Positions 10,301 through 21,500 of a stretch of DNA of 64,000 nucleotides are shown piece by piece. The stretch's first letter is position 1. Every line of letters starts with the position of its first letter. Origin of the DNA: a virus (lineage: Duplodnaviria > Caudoviricetes); IMG/VR virus record IMGVR_UViG_3300032216_001891, positions 32,001 through 96,000 of that record, one strand, 5' to 3'. Made by a program: the position numbers and the translations under genes. A model generated the notes under the pieces. That model saw nothing but the letters and a program-made list of their open reading frames with translations, was not told the DNA's origin and did no database searches.

Positions 10301-11692
10301 ACACCGGGTGATGGCACAAGAATTGGCAAGTACCAAGTGGATGCTTACTTTTTGGCCGAAGCTGGATATATCAAACCCGATGCTATCAAACAATACGGCG
10401 CTCAAACACTGTCTAAAAATGAAAGTTGGACCGGCAAGGACAGCATACGCAGTCAAAAAGATTTCCTTGCTAATAAACAACTGCAAGATGATTTACAAAA
10501 TAAAGAATTTTTAACCAACTATAAAACACTAGTGTCTCTCAAAGGTATCAAACCCGAAGACGACATTTGCATGGCCGCCGGCATGTTATTTGTAGCACAC
10601 AAATATCGCAGTCCGCAACTGGCCACCGAGTGGCGCCAGACTGGTAAAGTAAAAACACCGCCCACAGTTTCTGGAGAAGCTGGTACTGCTGAAGAATACT
10701 TTAATCACGGTAGATATGCAATTGATGTGCTGAGTGCTCAAGCCATAACCGGCACCAGCAATGCCGCAGGCCCGATTGATCTCAGTATTGATCCCGACAC
10801 AGTGATGCAGTTTAGAGCCAGCGGAACACTGGGCGATCGAGCACACTTTGACGCATCTAATCCTGTACTGCGATCATCTACACTGCAAATGGCCAAGGCC
10901 TACAAGGAAAAGTACGGTAAAAAATTGCCAGTCAATACCTCTTATCGCAGTAATGAAGAACAGGCGGCATTGTATAACGCCTATGTTGCTAGAGGTAAAA
11001 CAGGAATACCTGCAGCACCTCCGGGATCAAGTCAACACAACTTTGGGCAGGCCATGGACATTCAACACGATGTATATGCACTTGACACAGAATTGGGTCT
11101 AGGCAAATACAATTTAAAAACCATCCCCAACGATTGGCCACATATACAAACAATCAACACCAAGGCCTCAGACGGCGACACAACACCTAAATCCAGTGCT
11201 CCGGGTGATCAGCTGGTGGTATTGATCACTGGTTTAGAATCGGCCGGCGAAGCGTACAAGACCGGGGTTCGAGCACTAGCTGCACAATTGACTGGAATGG
11301 GCGCCAGTGCAGAAGTGTTTAGTTGTACTAATATTGCCGGAGCCACAGCCTATGTCACAGCCAATCGTGGAACCAAGAAGGTAATATTAATTGGATTTAG
11401 TAAAGGTGCTGAAATAGTTAATCAAATGGCTGCTACAGGTATGAAAATAGATCTCATGGTGTGCATTGACGGATTCCCCACAGTGGGCATGCGTTTGGCC
11501 AATTTACCGTCAAATGTAGTACGAGCAGTAAATTACTATAATCCACGTAATTACGGTAATTCTGGTTACGGCAATCCTTATCCGGCTCCCCCGGCTGCCC
11601 CAAGAGTTACACACATAGCAAGCAGTGTCAATCATATGGCCATTGTGGCAGCTGTGTCAACTAACATAATCTCTGATGTGAAATCAGCGTAA
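7304..11692 (+). CDS. gp5: Baseplate central spike (gp5/VgrG-like) with C-terminal hydrolase domains
   Basis: OB-fold (DPRKLGRLRVWIP, PPDVGNQV), GHTFVMDD/GHQILM beta-helix, then lysozyme-like, SGNH, M15 peptidase and GxSxG motifs. Confidence 0.85.
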   Translation: MPLDKIAGTKIPKWATREGVSGIKFDTATFMGVVKDNRDPRKLGRLRVWIPEFGLGDPSVETAWQTVNYASPFFGATFVGDKTTNNQFETTNHTYGMWMVPPDVGNQVLCTFVNGDPDRGYWFACVNPTIGHYMVPALAGARKTDTELASADLKSSLVTDGSQVLPVAEYNENRDDAFAPDAYNNARPIHEFQANVLFQQGLDRDAVRGAISSNSQRESPSHVFGISTPGRALGNDPSDDPEYEKKLANGSINILDYEVKARKGGHTFVMDDGDVTGNDQLVRIRSSAGHQILMNDTEGIMFIINSSGSSWIELSKNGDMNIYNGGSFSVRAQGDINLRADKNVNIEAGSALNLRGGTYVNAVSADINISATSTTNVHGAKTNIGASGKLIVGGGVVSVGSDGALELKGGSVALDTGGANNAGSGVSLQTRQFPDTSYDTKTRLWNSVADQAASIVTIFPAHQPWVKSSTPGAGTEAPIQILPVSVCPPRTAASPGDYILPKPNGNKLDQGRVGMNTAKGSAPWTTDTAFLEKTKQVASAVGFASYLDLLAAMMLETIYTFDPNIRGGYKDLYVGLIQFGPDAAKEQRTTTQALQQLNRVQQLDNVQTYLLNRKRERKITTFRLCDVYACINWPAAAGQDLGYICYGGTQGNPAGKTYSDLQVTAYTANSLFDTAKKGYITLGDFQTYMEGYLTKVKQALANAGAVDPAGTLQSGSGIKVTDSSGNAIASGSKTTSANTDVGINNAYGRTVSSSCPKDWLGKQEVYKSPTAISSTAPLLTQAYTTNMHAELGYFESQWDYASTGGKTSTPAGATINVGTKGTILVMGDSIAYGTGQALQKKLSATSVMARVGDNSTTILSNAKNPPAPAVGRVGTYQDYQYENDWVGKVKVAVISCGSNDIVKGVGNKAQLIENLKAIRSALRAEKYIWILPYDSIACGAVTQVANLTGDKTLSLTDYSSVDTPPLHPQAYPPVAVALQKMITEITAGSPGSDTTAKAATPGDGTRIGKYQVDAYFLAEAGYIKPDAIKQYGAQTLSKNESWTGKDSIRSQKDFLANKQLQDDLQNKEFLTNYKTLVSLKGIKPEDDICMAAGMLFVAHKYRSPQLATEWRQTGKVKTPPTVSGEAGTAEEYFNHGRYAIDVLSAQAITGTSNAAGPIDLSIDPDTVMQFRASGTLGDRAHFDASNPVLRSSTLQMAKAYKEKYGKKLPVNTSYRSNEEQAALYNAYVARGKTGIPAAPPGSSQHNFGQAMDIQHDVYALDTELGLGKYNLKTIPNDWPHIQTINTKASDGDTTPKSSAPGDQLVVLITGLESAGEAYKTGVRALAAQLTGMGASAEVFSCTNIAGATAYVTANRGTKKVILIGFSKGAEIVNQMAATGMKIDLMVCIDGFPTVGMRLANLPSNVVRAVNYYNPRNYGNSGYGNPYPAPPAAPRVTHIASSVNHMAIVAAVSTNIISDVKSA

Positions 11693-11698
11693 TTTTAG

Positions 11699-11706
11699 AA
11701 TAAATA
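11699..11706 (+). promoter_or_regulatory. Late promoter AATAAATA
   Basis: 7 nt before the gp25 ATG, no SD. Confidence 0.65.
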
Positions 11707-11713
11707 CAATACT

Positions 11714-12091
11714 ATGACTACACTATACAAAGGATTCAGCACTGTCAACAGATACAAAAAGTTTCGTGTCACTGACATTGACTTGATCAAACAAGATCTA
11801 ATCAATCACTTTAATATTAAAAAAGGTGAAAAAGTCATGCAACCGGACTTTGGTACTATTATTTGGAGCCTGTTGTTTGAGCCCATGACTGCTACAGTAC
11901 GACAGGCCATCATCGACGATGTAAAAACTGTAGTTGGTTATGATCCGCGTACCAATTTACAAAACATCACCATTAATGAATATCAAAATGGCATACAAAT
12001 AATGGTAGATTTACTGTATATTCCCACCAATCAATTGACTGCATTGAACCTGCAGTTCGATTCTCGCACACAACGACTCACAGTAAGATAG
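11714..12091 (+). CDS. gp25: Baseplate wedge protein gp25-like
   Basis: KGEKVMQPDFGT..LLFEP..YDPR signature. Confidence 0.9.
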   Translation: MTTLYKGFSTVNRYKKFRVTDIDLIKQDLINHFNIKKGEKVMQPDFGTIIWSLLFEPMTATVRQAIIDDVKTVVGYDPRTNLQNITINEYQNGIQIMVDLLYIPTNQLTALNLQFDSRTQRLTVR

Positions 12092-12118
12092 CTAATAATA
12101 TACGTTGTTTTCGATTGT

Positions 12119-12126
12119 AATAAATA
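12119..12126 (+). promoter_or_regulatory. Late promoter AATAAATA
   Basis: Intergenic, 21 nt before the gp6 ATG; SD-like AAGGGA between. Confidence 0.65.
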
Positions 12127-12147
12127 CTCTATAAGGGATATTTACGC

Positions 12148-15100
12148 ATGTCTATCACTACACGTCAAACAAATTTATTGGTAAATCAGGACTGGACTAC
12201 CCTGTACCAAAGTTTTCAAAATGCCAACTTTCAAAGTTACGACTTTGAAACCATACGCAAAAGCATGATTGATTATTTACGTAACTACTACCCAGAAGAT
12301 TTCAATGATTTTACCGAAAGTTCAGAGTACATAGCACTGATTGACTTGATTGCTTTTTTAGGGCAGAGCCTAGCATTTAGAACAGATTTAAATGCACGTG
12401 AAAGTTTTTTTGACACAGCACAACGACGTGATAGCATTTTAAAATTGGCTAGCTTGATCAACTACAATGCCAAGCGTACAACACCGGCAGCAGGCTATTT
12501 AAAAATTGACAGCATCACCACAAGTGAGAGTGTGACCGACAGCAACGGATTGAATTTAGCCAACCTGTTGATCAATTGGAACGACACCACCAACGAGGAT
12601 TGGCAAGAGCAGTTTACTGCGGTATTTAATGCTGCTTTGATCAGCAATCAAAACATCGGCACTCCGGGTAACACACAAGACATCAACGGTATTTTAACCA
12701 GTGAATACAGCATTAACCTGTTGGGCGGTGTTATTCCCACCTACACTTTTAATGCTACAATAGAAGGTACAAGCACAGCATTCGAAGCGGTGAGTGCCAC
12801 ATCGGTGGGACAAAGTTATGTGTACGAAGCCAGTCCAGCACCCAGTGGTAGATTCAATATTTTGTATCAAAACGATAATCTTGGCAATGGCAGCAACAAC
12901 ACCGGTTACTTTGTTTATTTTAAACAGGGCACACTGAACAATTTAGTGCTAAATCTACAGCAAAGTTTACCCAACCGTGTGGTGAATGTCAATTACGACA
13001 ATATCAACAACACAGATGTTTGGCTATACAAACTAGACAACGCCGGAGTGCCCAGCTCCATATGGAGCAGTGTTCCTGCTGTGGCCGGCATCAATATCAT
13101 TTACAATCAAAGCACCAGTCGTAACCTATATCAAATCAACACAAGAGCCAATGATCAAATTGACTTGGTATTTGGTGATGGTAGTTTTGCCAATATTCCA
13201 CAAGGCAATTTTCAATTATTTTATCGAGTCAGCAACGGATTAAATTACAAAATTACCCCAGACGAAATGCAAAATATTGTAATTGCAATAAACTATGTCA
13301 GCAAAAACAACCGAGTAGAAACACTCACCATGCGTGCCAGTCTATACTACACTGTCACTAATGCTGCCACAAGAGAGTTGATTGATGATATTCGTGTGAA
13401 AGCACCACAGCAGTACTATACACAAAATAGAATGATCACCGGTGAAGACTATAATCTTTTCCCTTATACCAACTTCAGCAGTATTTTAAAAGTCAAGGCA
13501 GTGAACAGAACCAGTTCTGGCATCAGTAGATATCTAGATGTGCTGGATGTCACAGGCAAATATTCCAGCACCAATATGTTTGGCACCGACGGATGGTTAT
13601 ATCAACAAAATTCTGTACCCAGTTCAACGTTTAGTTTTACATCAACTAATGACATAAACAACGTAATTTATAACACAGTAATACCTATTTTAAACAGTAC
13701 TGAAGTCAAGCATTTTTATTATGCCAACTACACAAGATATGCTCCAGCGTCCACAACCACGTGGACTCAAGCCACTGCTGATTCTGGAAGCAGCTCCGGC
13801 TACTTGGTGAATGGCACTGTGATACAAAATGTAGGATATGTAACCAATACTAACTTTAAATACATCACCACCGGGGCACTATTAAAATTTACAGCCGGTA
13901 CAGGCAACTATTTTAACGCACAGAACATAATAGTATCGGGCACTCCTGTATACGCAAACGATAAAAAATACATTTGGTCATTGGTGTCCTCGGTCACCAA
14001 CAGCAACACACTGCAAATAACACAAAATATTCCCACTGGTGCTGTGCTTGAAAGTATTATTCCTGTATTTAAAAATGATCTCAGCAACTTGACTTTTGTC
14101 AACACCATGGTTAATTTGATAAAAAGTTATAAAAACTTTGGGATTAGATACGATGTGCCCGCACAGACTTGGAAGATTATTGCACCGGCTGATTTGAACA
14201 CCACCACTGCGTTTAGCCTGACCAATACTGGTAGCACCACGGGAACTGGATTAGACAGCAGTTGGATAATAGCATTTGCTTATAACGGGGTCAACTATAA
14301 TCTAGCTCATCGTAACTTAAAATATGTATTTGAAAGTTTAGAACAAACACGTTTCTACTTTGATAAAAAAGTAAAAGTATTTGACAGCAAGTCGGGATCA
14401 ACTGTGATTGACCAAGTTTCAATATTAAAAAACAACACAGCACCCGATAGTTTAACCGCAACACTGGGGCAGGATCAACGCTGGTATATTTACGACAATG
14501 TCATTACCGCCGACGGAAGAATCGACTATACACAGGTATTGGTTACCTTTAGTGCTGTTAATAACGATGGTGTTCCTGATGATCCGGATATTTTTAGCAA
14601 CATAGCCAATACCACACCCAGTGGACGATACGTATTTTTCCAACAAGTCACTGATGCCAACACCAATGCTGGGAATTTTTTAACAGCGGCTCCGGTAGAC
14701 AACACATCGATAGTAACAATATACACAACTCAAAGTGCTATATTAGCCAATCAAAATTTATATGTCAACGGGCAAGTATTTTATGCCACCAGTGAAAACA
14801 AATTTTATGTATTGTCAATATCTGTTGCAGGAACACGTACACTTGCACAGTCTACCAGTTACATAGCTGAAATTGGTAGACAAAATTTGAATTTCCAATA
14901 TAGACACAACAGTCCAAACACACATCGTGTAGATCCCAGTCCAAATAATATCATGGACCTGTACTTATTGACTGCATCATATACCTCGGACTACACAGCA
15001 TGGATACGTGACACCACTGATACTCTCACTGAGCCAGCATTGCCCACCAATGAAGAATTAAAATTAGCCTATGGTTCTGGTGCCACCAGCTTGGAAAATT

Positions 15101-15537
15101 ACAAAGCACTCAGTGACACAATTATTTACAATCCTGGTAGATATAAACCAGTATTCGGTGCCAAGGCCAACCCCTCCTTGCAAGCCACATTTAAAGTGGT
15201 TAAAAATCCAAATTTAATCATTAGCGACAACGATGTAATCAGCGGAGTAGTTGTTGCAATCAATACTTATTTTGACACAGCCAATTGGAACTTTGGTGAA
15301 ACCTTTTATTTCAGTGAATTGGCCACTTATTTACACAACGCATTGGCACCAAATGTAGCCAGCATTATTATTGTACCCGCCAGTACTGAGTTGGCATTTG
15401 GCGGACTCATGCAGATCAACGCCAATCCAGATGAAATTATTGTAAGCTGTGCCACAGCCGATAATATACAAATCATCAGTGCTATAACTGCTGCACAAAT
15501 TAATCAGACCTTGGCCGGGTCAAACATCATCGTATAA
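12148..15537 (+). CDS. gp6: Baseplate wedge protein gp6-like
   Basis: DFETIRKSMIDYL, FDTAQRRDSI, FGDG, QNRMITGEDY motifs; follows gp25. Confidence 0.88.
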   Translation: MSITTRQTNLLVNQDWTTLYQSFQNANFQSYDFETIRKSMIDYLRNYYPEDFNDFTESSEYIALIDLIAFLGQSLAFRTDLNARESFFDTAQRRDSILKLASLINYNAKRTTPAAGYLKIDSITTSESVTDSNGLNLANLLINWNDTTNEDWQEQFTAVFNAALISNQNIGTPGNTQDINGILTSEYSINLLGGVIPTYTFNATIEGTSTAFEAVSATSVGQSYVYEASPAPSGRFNILYQNDNLGNGSNNTGYFVYFKQGTLNNLVLNLQQSLPNRVVNVNYDNINNTDVWLYKLDNAGVPSSIWSSVPAVAGINIIYNQSTSRNLYQINTRANDQIDLVFGDGSFANIPQGNFQLFYRVSNGLNYKITPDEMQNIVIAINYVSKNNRVETLTMRASLYYTVTNAATRELIDDIRVKAPQQYYTQNRMITGEDYNLFPYTNFSSILKVKAVNRTSSGISRYLDVLDVTGKYSSTNMFGTDGWLYQQNSVPSSTFSFTSTNDINNVIYNTVIPILNSTEVKHFYYANYTRYAPASTTTWTQATADSGSSSGYLVNGTVIQNVGYVTNTNFKYITTGALLKFTAGTGNYFNAQNIIVSGTPVYANDKKYIWSLVSSVTNSNTLQITQNIPTGAVLESIIPVFKNDLSNLTFVNTMVNLIKSYKNFGIRYDVPAQTWKIIAPADLNTTTAFSLTNTGSTTGTGLDSSWIIAFAYNGVNYNLAHRNLKYVFESLEQTRFYFDKKVKVFDSKSGSTVIDQVSILKNNTAPDSLTATLGQDQRWYIYDNVITADGRIDYTQVLVTFSAVNNDGVPDDPDIFSNIANTTPSGRYVFFQQVTDANTNAGNFLTAAPVDNTSIVTIYTTQSAILANQNLYVNGQVFYATSENKFYVLSISVAGTRTLAQSTSYIAEIGRQNLNFQYRHNSPNTHRVDPSPNNIMDLYLLTASYTSDYTAWIRDTTDTLTEPALPTNEELKLAYGSGATSLENYKALSDTIIYNPGRYKPVFGAKANPSLQATFKVVKNPNLIISDNDVISGVVVAINTYFDTANWNFGETFYFSELATYLHNALAPNVASIIIVPASTELAFGGLMQINANPDEIIVSCATADNIQIISAITAAQINQTLAGSNIIV

Positions 15538-15549
15538 TTGGGAACAGCA

Positions 15550-18500
15550 ATGGCATCAATAAAAACTGCAAATTTTTTACCAGAAGTATTTAGAACGGAC
15601 AACAATCGTAAATTCTTGGGTGCCACCTTAGATCAATTGGTGACCCCACCGGATTTAAGAAAAGTCAATGCCTATGTAGGACGTAAATTTGCACCCACGT
15701 ATCAAAACTCCAATAACTACCAGCCCGAAAGCAGTGGCTTAAGACAGAATTATCAGTTGGAACCCAGTGTGGTTGTTAAAAACAAAACTGGTACAGTTGA
15801 TTTTTTCAGCAGTTACATCGATTTAATTAATCAAATTGCCTACAGTGGTGGTATAACCGACGATCACAGCAGACTATTTGCCACCGAAACCTACAGCTTC
15901 GATGGTTTATTTGATTTTGACAAATTTGTAAATTTTAATCAATACTATTGGCTCACCAACGGGCCTGCAACAGTTGACGTGTTTGGTGCCGGAGTTGATC
16001 AAACTCAAACTTTCACAGTGACAAGAGATGCCGGCACTGGATCTTATCACTTTTCTGGATCAGGCACGGCAAAGAATCCAGCACTGCGTTTGGCACGTGG
16101 CGGTACTTATAAATTTGTAGTGAATCAACCCGGATACCCTTTTTGGATTCAAAGTTCCGCGGGCACATCGGGGTTAAAAAATAATCAAAGCAATCTAAGC
16201 AGCAGAGATATACTGGGAATAGAAAACAATGGCACAGATGTGGGCACAGTTACATTTCGAGTCCCACAAGCCACAGCACAAGATTATTATGTTTATATGA
16301 AGTATCCCAACGACGACATAGTATCGGGCACTGTTGATGCATCAACCGAATTACACTACAGTCAAATTCAAGGTGCCACTCTCAGTCAACTCACAGCACT
16401 GGGTGGACTTGATGGGGTACGCTCACAGTTGTTGGGTAAAACTTTTATTTTTATCAATCAAGACATTGACGACTTGTACTGGACTGCCGGAGGCCTCACA
16501 ATACCAAGAGCCACACGTAGAAATGTTTGGCAAATCCAAGCGGTTGATCCATTGGCTGCTGATCCAGTTATTAATTTGATATCTGTTACCAATGTACTAA
16601 AAAATCAAAAAATTTATGTATCTAGTGGTCAAAACTATGCGGAATATAGTTTTTATTTAGACCTACAATTTTTAACATACAAACAAATTCCAAACATCAC
16701 AGCACCCCTTGATACAATATATTATCAAGACGGAGCAAGTGCCGGCTATGTTGGGCAACTTAATTTGGTCAACATCAACGACAATACATTGAAAGTAGAT
16801 GATGATATTGTTGGCAAATCAGATTATACCAGTCCCAACGGTGTTGTATTCACTAACGGCTTAAAAATTCAGTTTGATGCCAGTGCTGTTCCTGCCACTT
16901 ATGCCAACAGAACATACTATGTTGAGGGAGTAGGAACTGCAATACAATTATTACCGGAAACAGATTTTGTAACACCTGAACCTTATGCTGTCAATGGTAT
17001 TGCATCTCCGGATTATATCACAATCAATCGAGCCAGTCAAGATTTAAATCCTTGGACACGTAGTAACCGTTGGTTTCATATCGACGTTATCAAAGCTGCG
17101 GCTGAATATAACAATGATGTTCCTGTTTTTGATCAAAATGTTAGAGCCAATCGTCCTATAATCGAATTTGAAGCCGATCTACAGCTTTATAATTTTGGTC
17201 GTGTAGCAAAGACTCCGGTGGATATATTTGATTTGACTACAACTGATGCACGTAACACAGTAGAACTCAGTACAACGTTCCAATTAAACGGTGTTTCTTT
17301 ACAAAACGGGCAACGTGTAATCTTTGCCAATGATTTTGATCCCACAGTGAGAAATCAAATATTCATTATCAGTATTTCTGAAATCAATCAAACACCTGTG
17401 GTTACTCTAAGCCCAGCAGAGGACAGTGTAATCAGCACTTTCAATAACTTAATTGTGTTACAGGGCAACAACCGTGGTGTAGAATACTGGTTTGACGGTA
17501 GTGACTGGATTGTTGGACAGCAAAAAACTGGAGTGAATCAAACTCCCATGTTTGATGTGTATGATAACAACGGCATCAGTATTGGCGATACAGATTTGTA
17601 TCCGTTATCTACTTTTGCCACTGCTACTAATAATCTTGGCACGGTAGTGGGCGGAACAAAAATCTTTTCATACCGTACGGGCACTGGGGTTAATGATCAA
17701 ATTCTAGGGTTCCCTTTAAGTTATAGAACATTTAATCAAGTTGGGGATATACAGTTCAACAATGATTTTGATACAGATGTATTTTCGTATACACTTGCTT
17801 CAACAGCAACAACAGAAAATATACATTCCTTGGGGACACTGAGAAAAAATTCTGGACTGGTGAATGGTACGGCAAGAAACACATGGACCAAAGTTGTTGA
17901 GCCCAGTCGTCAATATCAAATAATATCCGGAGTATACAACGGAGTAAATCGTTACTTTGAAATAGACATACGACCCGAGGCTAGAAATACAATACCATAT
18001 TTTAAGGTATTTAAAAACTTTACTGAATTGACCACTGCACAGTTTCAAGTGGTATCGGCCGGTGTTAAACTGTATGTGAAAATAACTGATCCTGATCTAG
18101 TCACTGACGATAAAATAGATATTCTAATTTACAGCAAAACAGTCAGTGCCTTGGGACACTATCAAGTGCCCGATAATCTCAATTTCAACACAGAAAATGC
18201 TAACTTTGCCAGTTTAACTTTGGGTCAATTGCGTAATCATTTAGTAACACTGGTGTCCAATAGCAATCAAGTTACGGGATCGGCATTTGGCGACAACAAT
18301 CTTAGAGATAGGCCTATCAAAGCCCAAGGCGGAAATATTTTACAAAATGCCGGCCCGGTGTTGTACAGTGAATTATTTTTAGTTGATCCTGAAATTAATT
18401 TCTTAAAAGGGCTGGAGCTGGCAAGACACAACTACGGTAGGATTAAAAATAAAATACTTGAATCGGCCATCAAATTAAAAAATATAAACACCGATGATAT

Positions 18501-21500
18501 TCCCGGCATGTTGGACGCTATACTGTTGACCATTAACGGAGTAAAAAACAATTCGTTTCCTTGGTACTACAGTGATATGGTTCCTTATGGCCCGTTAAAA
18601 AACACCATCACTTACAAAGTGATTGAAGCAGAACAAACTGATTATGAAATAACAAATATATTTGTTGACACCAAGTTGAGTAATCAATCAGTATTGGTGT
18701 ATGTCAACAATGTTCAATTAACCAAAGGCACGGACTATGTATTTGATACTACCCGTGCTGGAATCACATTTAAAACTGCATTGGCGGTGGATGATGTCAT
18801 TACAATTAACGAATACAGCAACACAGACGGAAACTATATTCCTGATACTCCTACCAAGTTGGGATTATATCCTAAATTTACTCCTAAGATATATCTAGAT
18901 GAAACTTACGTCACGCCCATTAATGTAATACAAGGACATGATGGTAGTGTAACTCCAGCGTTCAACGATTTTAGAGATCAGTTACTGTTGGAATTTGAAT
19001 TACGCATTTACAATAATATTAAAATTGACACCACATTGGTCAGTGACAATATCTATAACACAGTTCCTGGTAAATTCCGCGAAACCGATTATAGTCTTGC
19101 GGAGTTTACACGGTTATTGAGTAAAAGTTTTTTACAATGGGTCGGGGCCAACAGGGTCGATTTTACCAGTAACACGTATTTTGTTGGCGACGATCCGTTT
19201 ACGTGGAACTTTGCTAGATTCGTAGACACAGTCAACGGAGAAGCGTTGCCGGGAACTTGGCGTGCCATTTATCAATATTTTTACGACACTGTAGCTCCCA
19301 ATACAGCGCCGTGGGAAATGTTGGGCTTTAGTGAAGAACCCGAGTGGTGGGAAACACGTTATGGAGTTGCACCCTACACCGGGGGAAATTTAGTAATGTG
19401 GGGCGATTTAGAAGTTGGTTACGTATGGAACAACGGTGACAGTTACACCGACACAAGATTTGCACGTCCGGGACTGTTGAGTATTATACCTGTGGACGAA
19501 AACGGCAATCTACGTAACCCAGCACAATTTTTAGTAAAGTCTTTCAACAGCAACCAAGCCAACGGTAGTTATGCAGTGGGCCAACAGGGCCCAGTGGAAA
19601 CAGCTTGGAGACGTAGCAGTGATTATCCTTATGCTGTGCAAGAAGCCATTGCTCTAGCCAAGCCGGGATATTTCTTTGGTACACTGATGGATGTCACTAG
19701 ATATTACAAAAATACAACTCTAGATCAATATACATTGAGCGATAGTTTACAACGTATCACTCCGGGGGCAATTCACATCAACGGTGAGAGTTCGGGCTCA
19801 GGCAACTATCGAGTTGCGGGATACATAAACTGGATTGCCGATTACCTACGTAGCCAAGGCATAGAACCAGTGAGCAAAATTACTGGATACTTGGACTTGG
19901 TTACTGTGCAATTGGCCTATAAAATGGCCGGATACAGTGATAAATCATTTTTACAAGTATTGGCCGAACAAGCCAGCCCCACCAGCACCACTAACAGTGT
20001 GGTAATTCCAGCAGAAAACTACACACTGGAATTGTATAAATCAACACCGGTGAAAACAGTCACCTACAGTGCAGTTATAGTAGAAAAAAGCGAAAACGGA
20101 TATACCGTGAGTGGATACGACACTGGTAATCCTTACTTTACAATTATTCCCAGTCTAGCCAATAATAATGCTTATCCCATAACAGTGCTAAACGACACTG
20201 GCATAGTGTATCAAGACTATCAAAAATACAAGATCACTGTGCCTTACGGATTTGAGTTTACCAATAAACAACAAGTGGTGGATTTTTTAATCAGTTATGA
20301 AAGATACTTGGTTGGTAGTGGATTTGTATTTGCTGATAAAGATCCCAACTTGGAAACACAGCGAGACTTTAAACTCAGTGTTCAAGAATTTTTAGCATGG
20401 AGTCAGCAAGGGTGGGCAGTGGGCACTGTTATGATATTGAGTCCGGTGTTGAATCACTTGACTGTAAACAACACCCAAGGAGTTATTGATAAAATAGAAA
20501 ATGCACCATTGCAATCTAGAATTTTAGATCCTGAATTTAATTTTATCAAGTACAACGAACTCACAGTGTCAAGAACCGACAACGTATTCACATTGACTGC
20601 TATATCTGGTCGCACCATAGCGTTGGCTGTGTTGGATGTAGTAGAATACGAACATGTGTTAATTTTTGACAATGTTACAGTGTTTAATGATGTAATTTAT
20701 GCACCAAAGTTGGGCAACAGACAATACAGATTAAAGCTAGTGGGACAAAAAACTGGTGCATGGACCGGTGCTCTTAATCCTCCTGGCTTTGTATACAACA
20801 GTGCCGCAGTGGACGCATGGCAACCTGGAGTTGATTATTTGTTGGGTAGTTTGGTGGTATACAAAAATACCTATTATACCAATACACAGAATTTAACAGC
20901 CACCACAACATTTGTGCCCGCACAGTGGAAACGCCTTGCTAAGAATCAAATTCAAACAGGGTTATTGCCAAATTTCAGTTACAACGCTGGAAAATCATTG
21001 AGATATAATAATTTCAATGACCCAGAATTACAAGGCGACTTTGCTAACTTTGTGGGTAACGAAGTGGGATTTACCCCTAGACAATACTTGACAAACTTTG
21101 GTATTGATACTCCCACACAGGCTAAATTTTATCAAGGGTTTATTAGACAAAAAGGCACACTGAATTCTGTCACAGCATTTACTGCGGCGGGATTCAACGG
21201 TGTAAGCAGCACAGTCAACTTGTATGAAGATTGGGCCATGCGTGTGGGAGAATTTGGTGCATTGAATAACAATAGATATGTTGAACTAATACTCAGCGAG
21301 GGTGTGTTCACGGGCGAGCCCGCTGTGTTTAATTTTTTAAACAACGGAGCTACAACCACTGACAACATCGTTGCTGTTTATCCCGATGACATATACCGGT
21401 CCAGCAAGGGTTACTCTCCTGCAATTTTTAAAGATAGAGACAACTCTAGTTTTTATGAAAATGATTTATTAACTGCTGGATATGTCAATGTTGCCGATGT

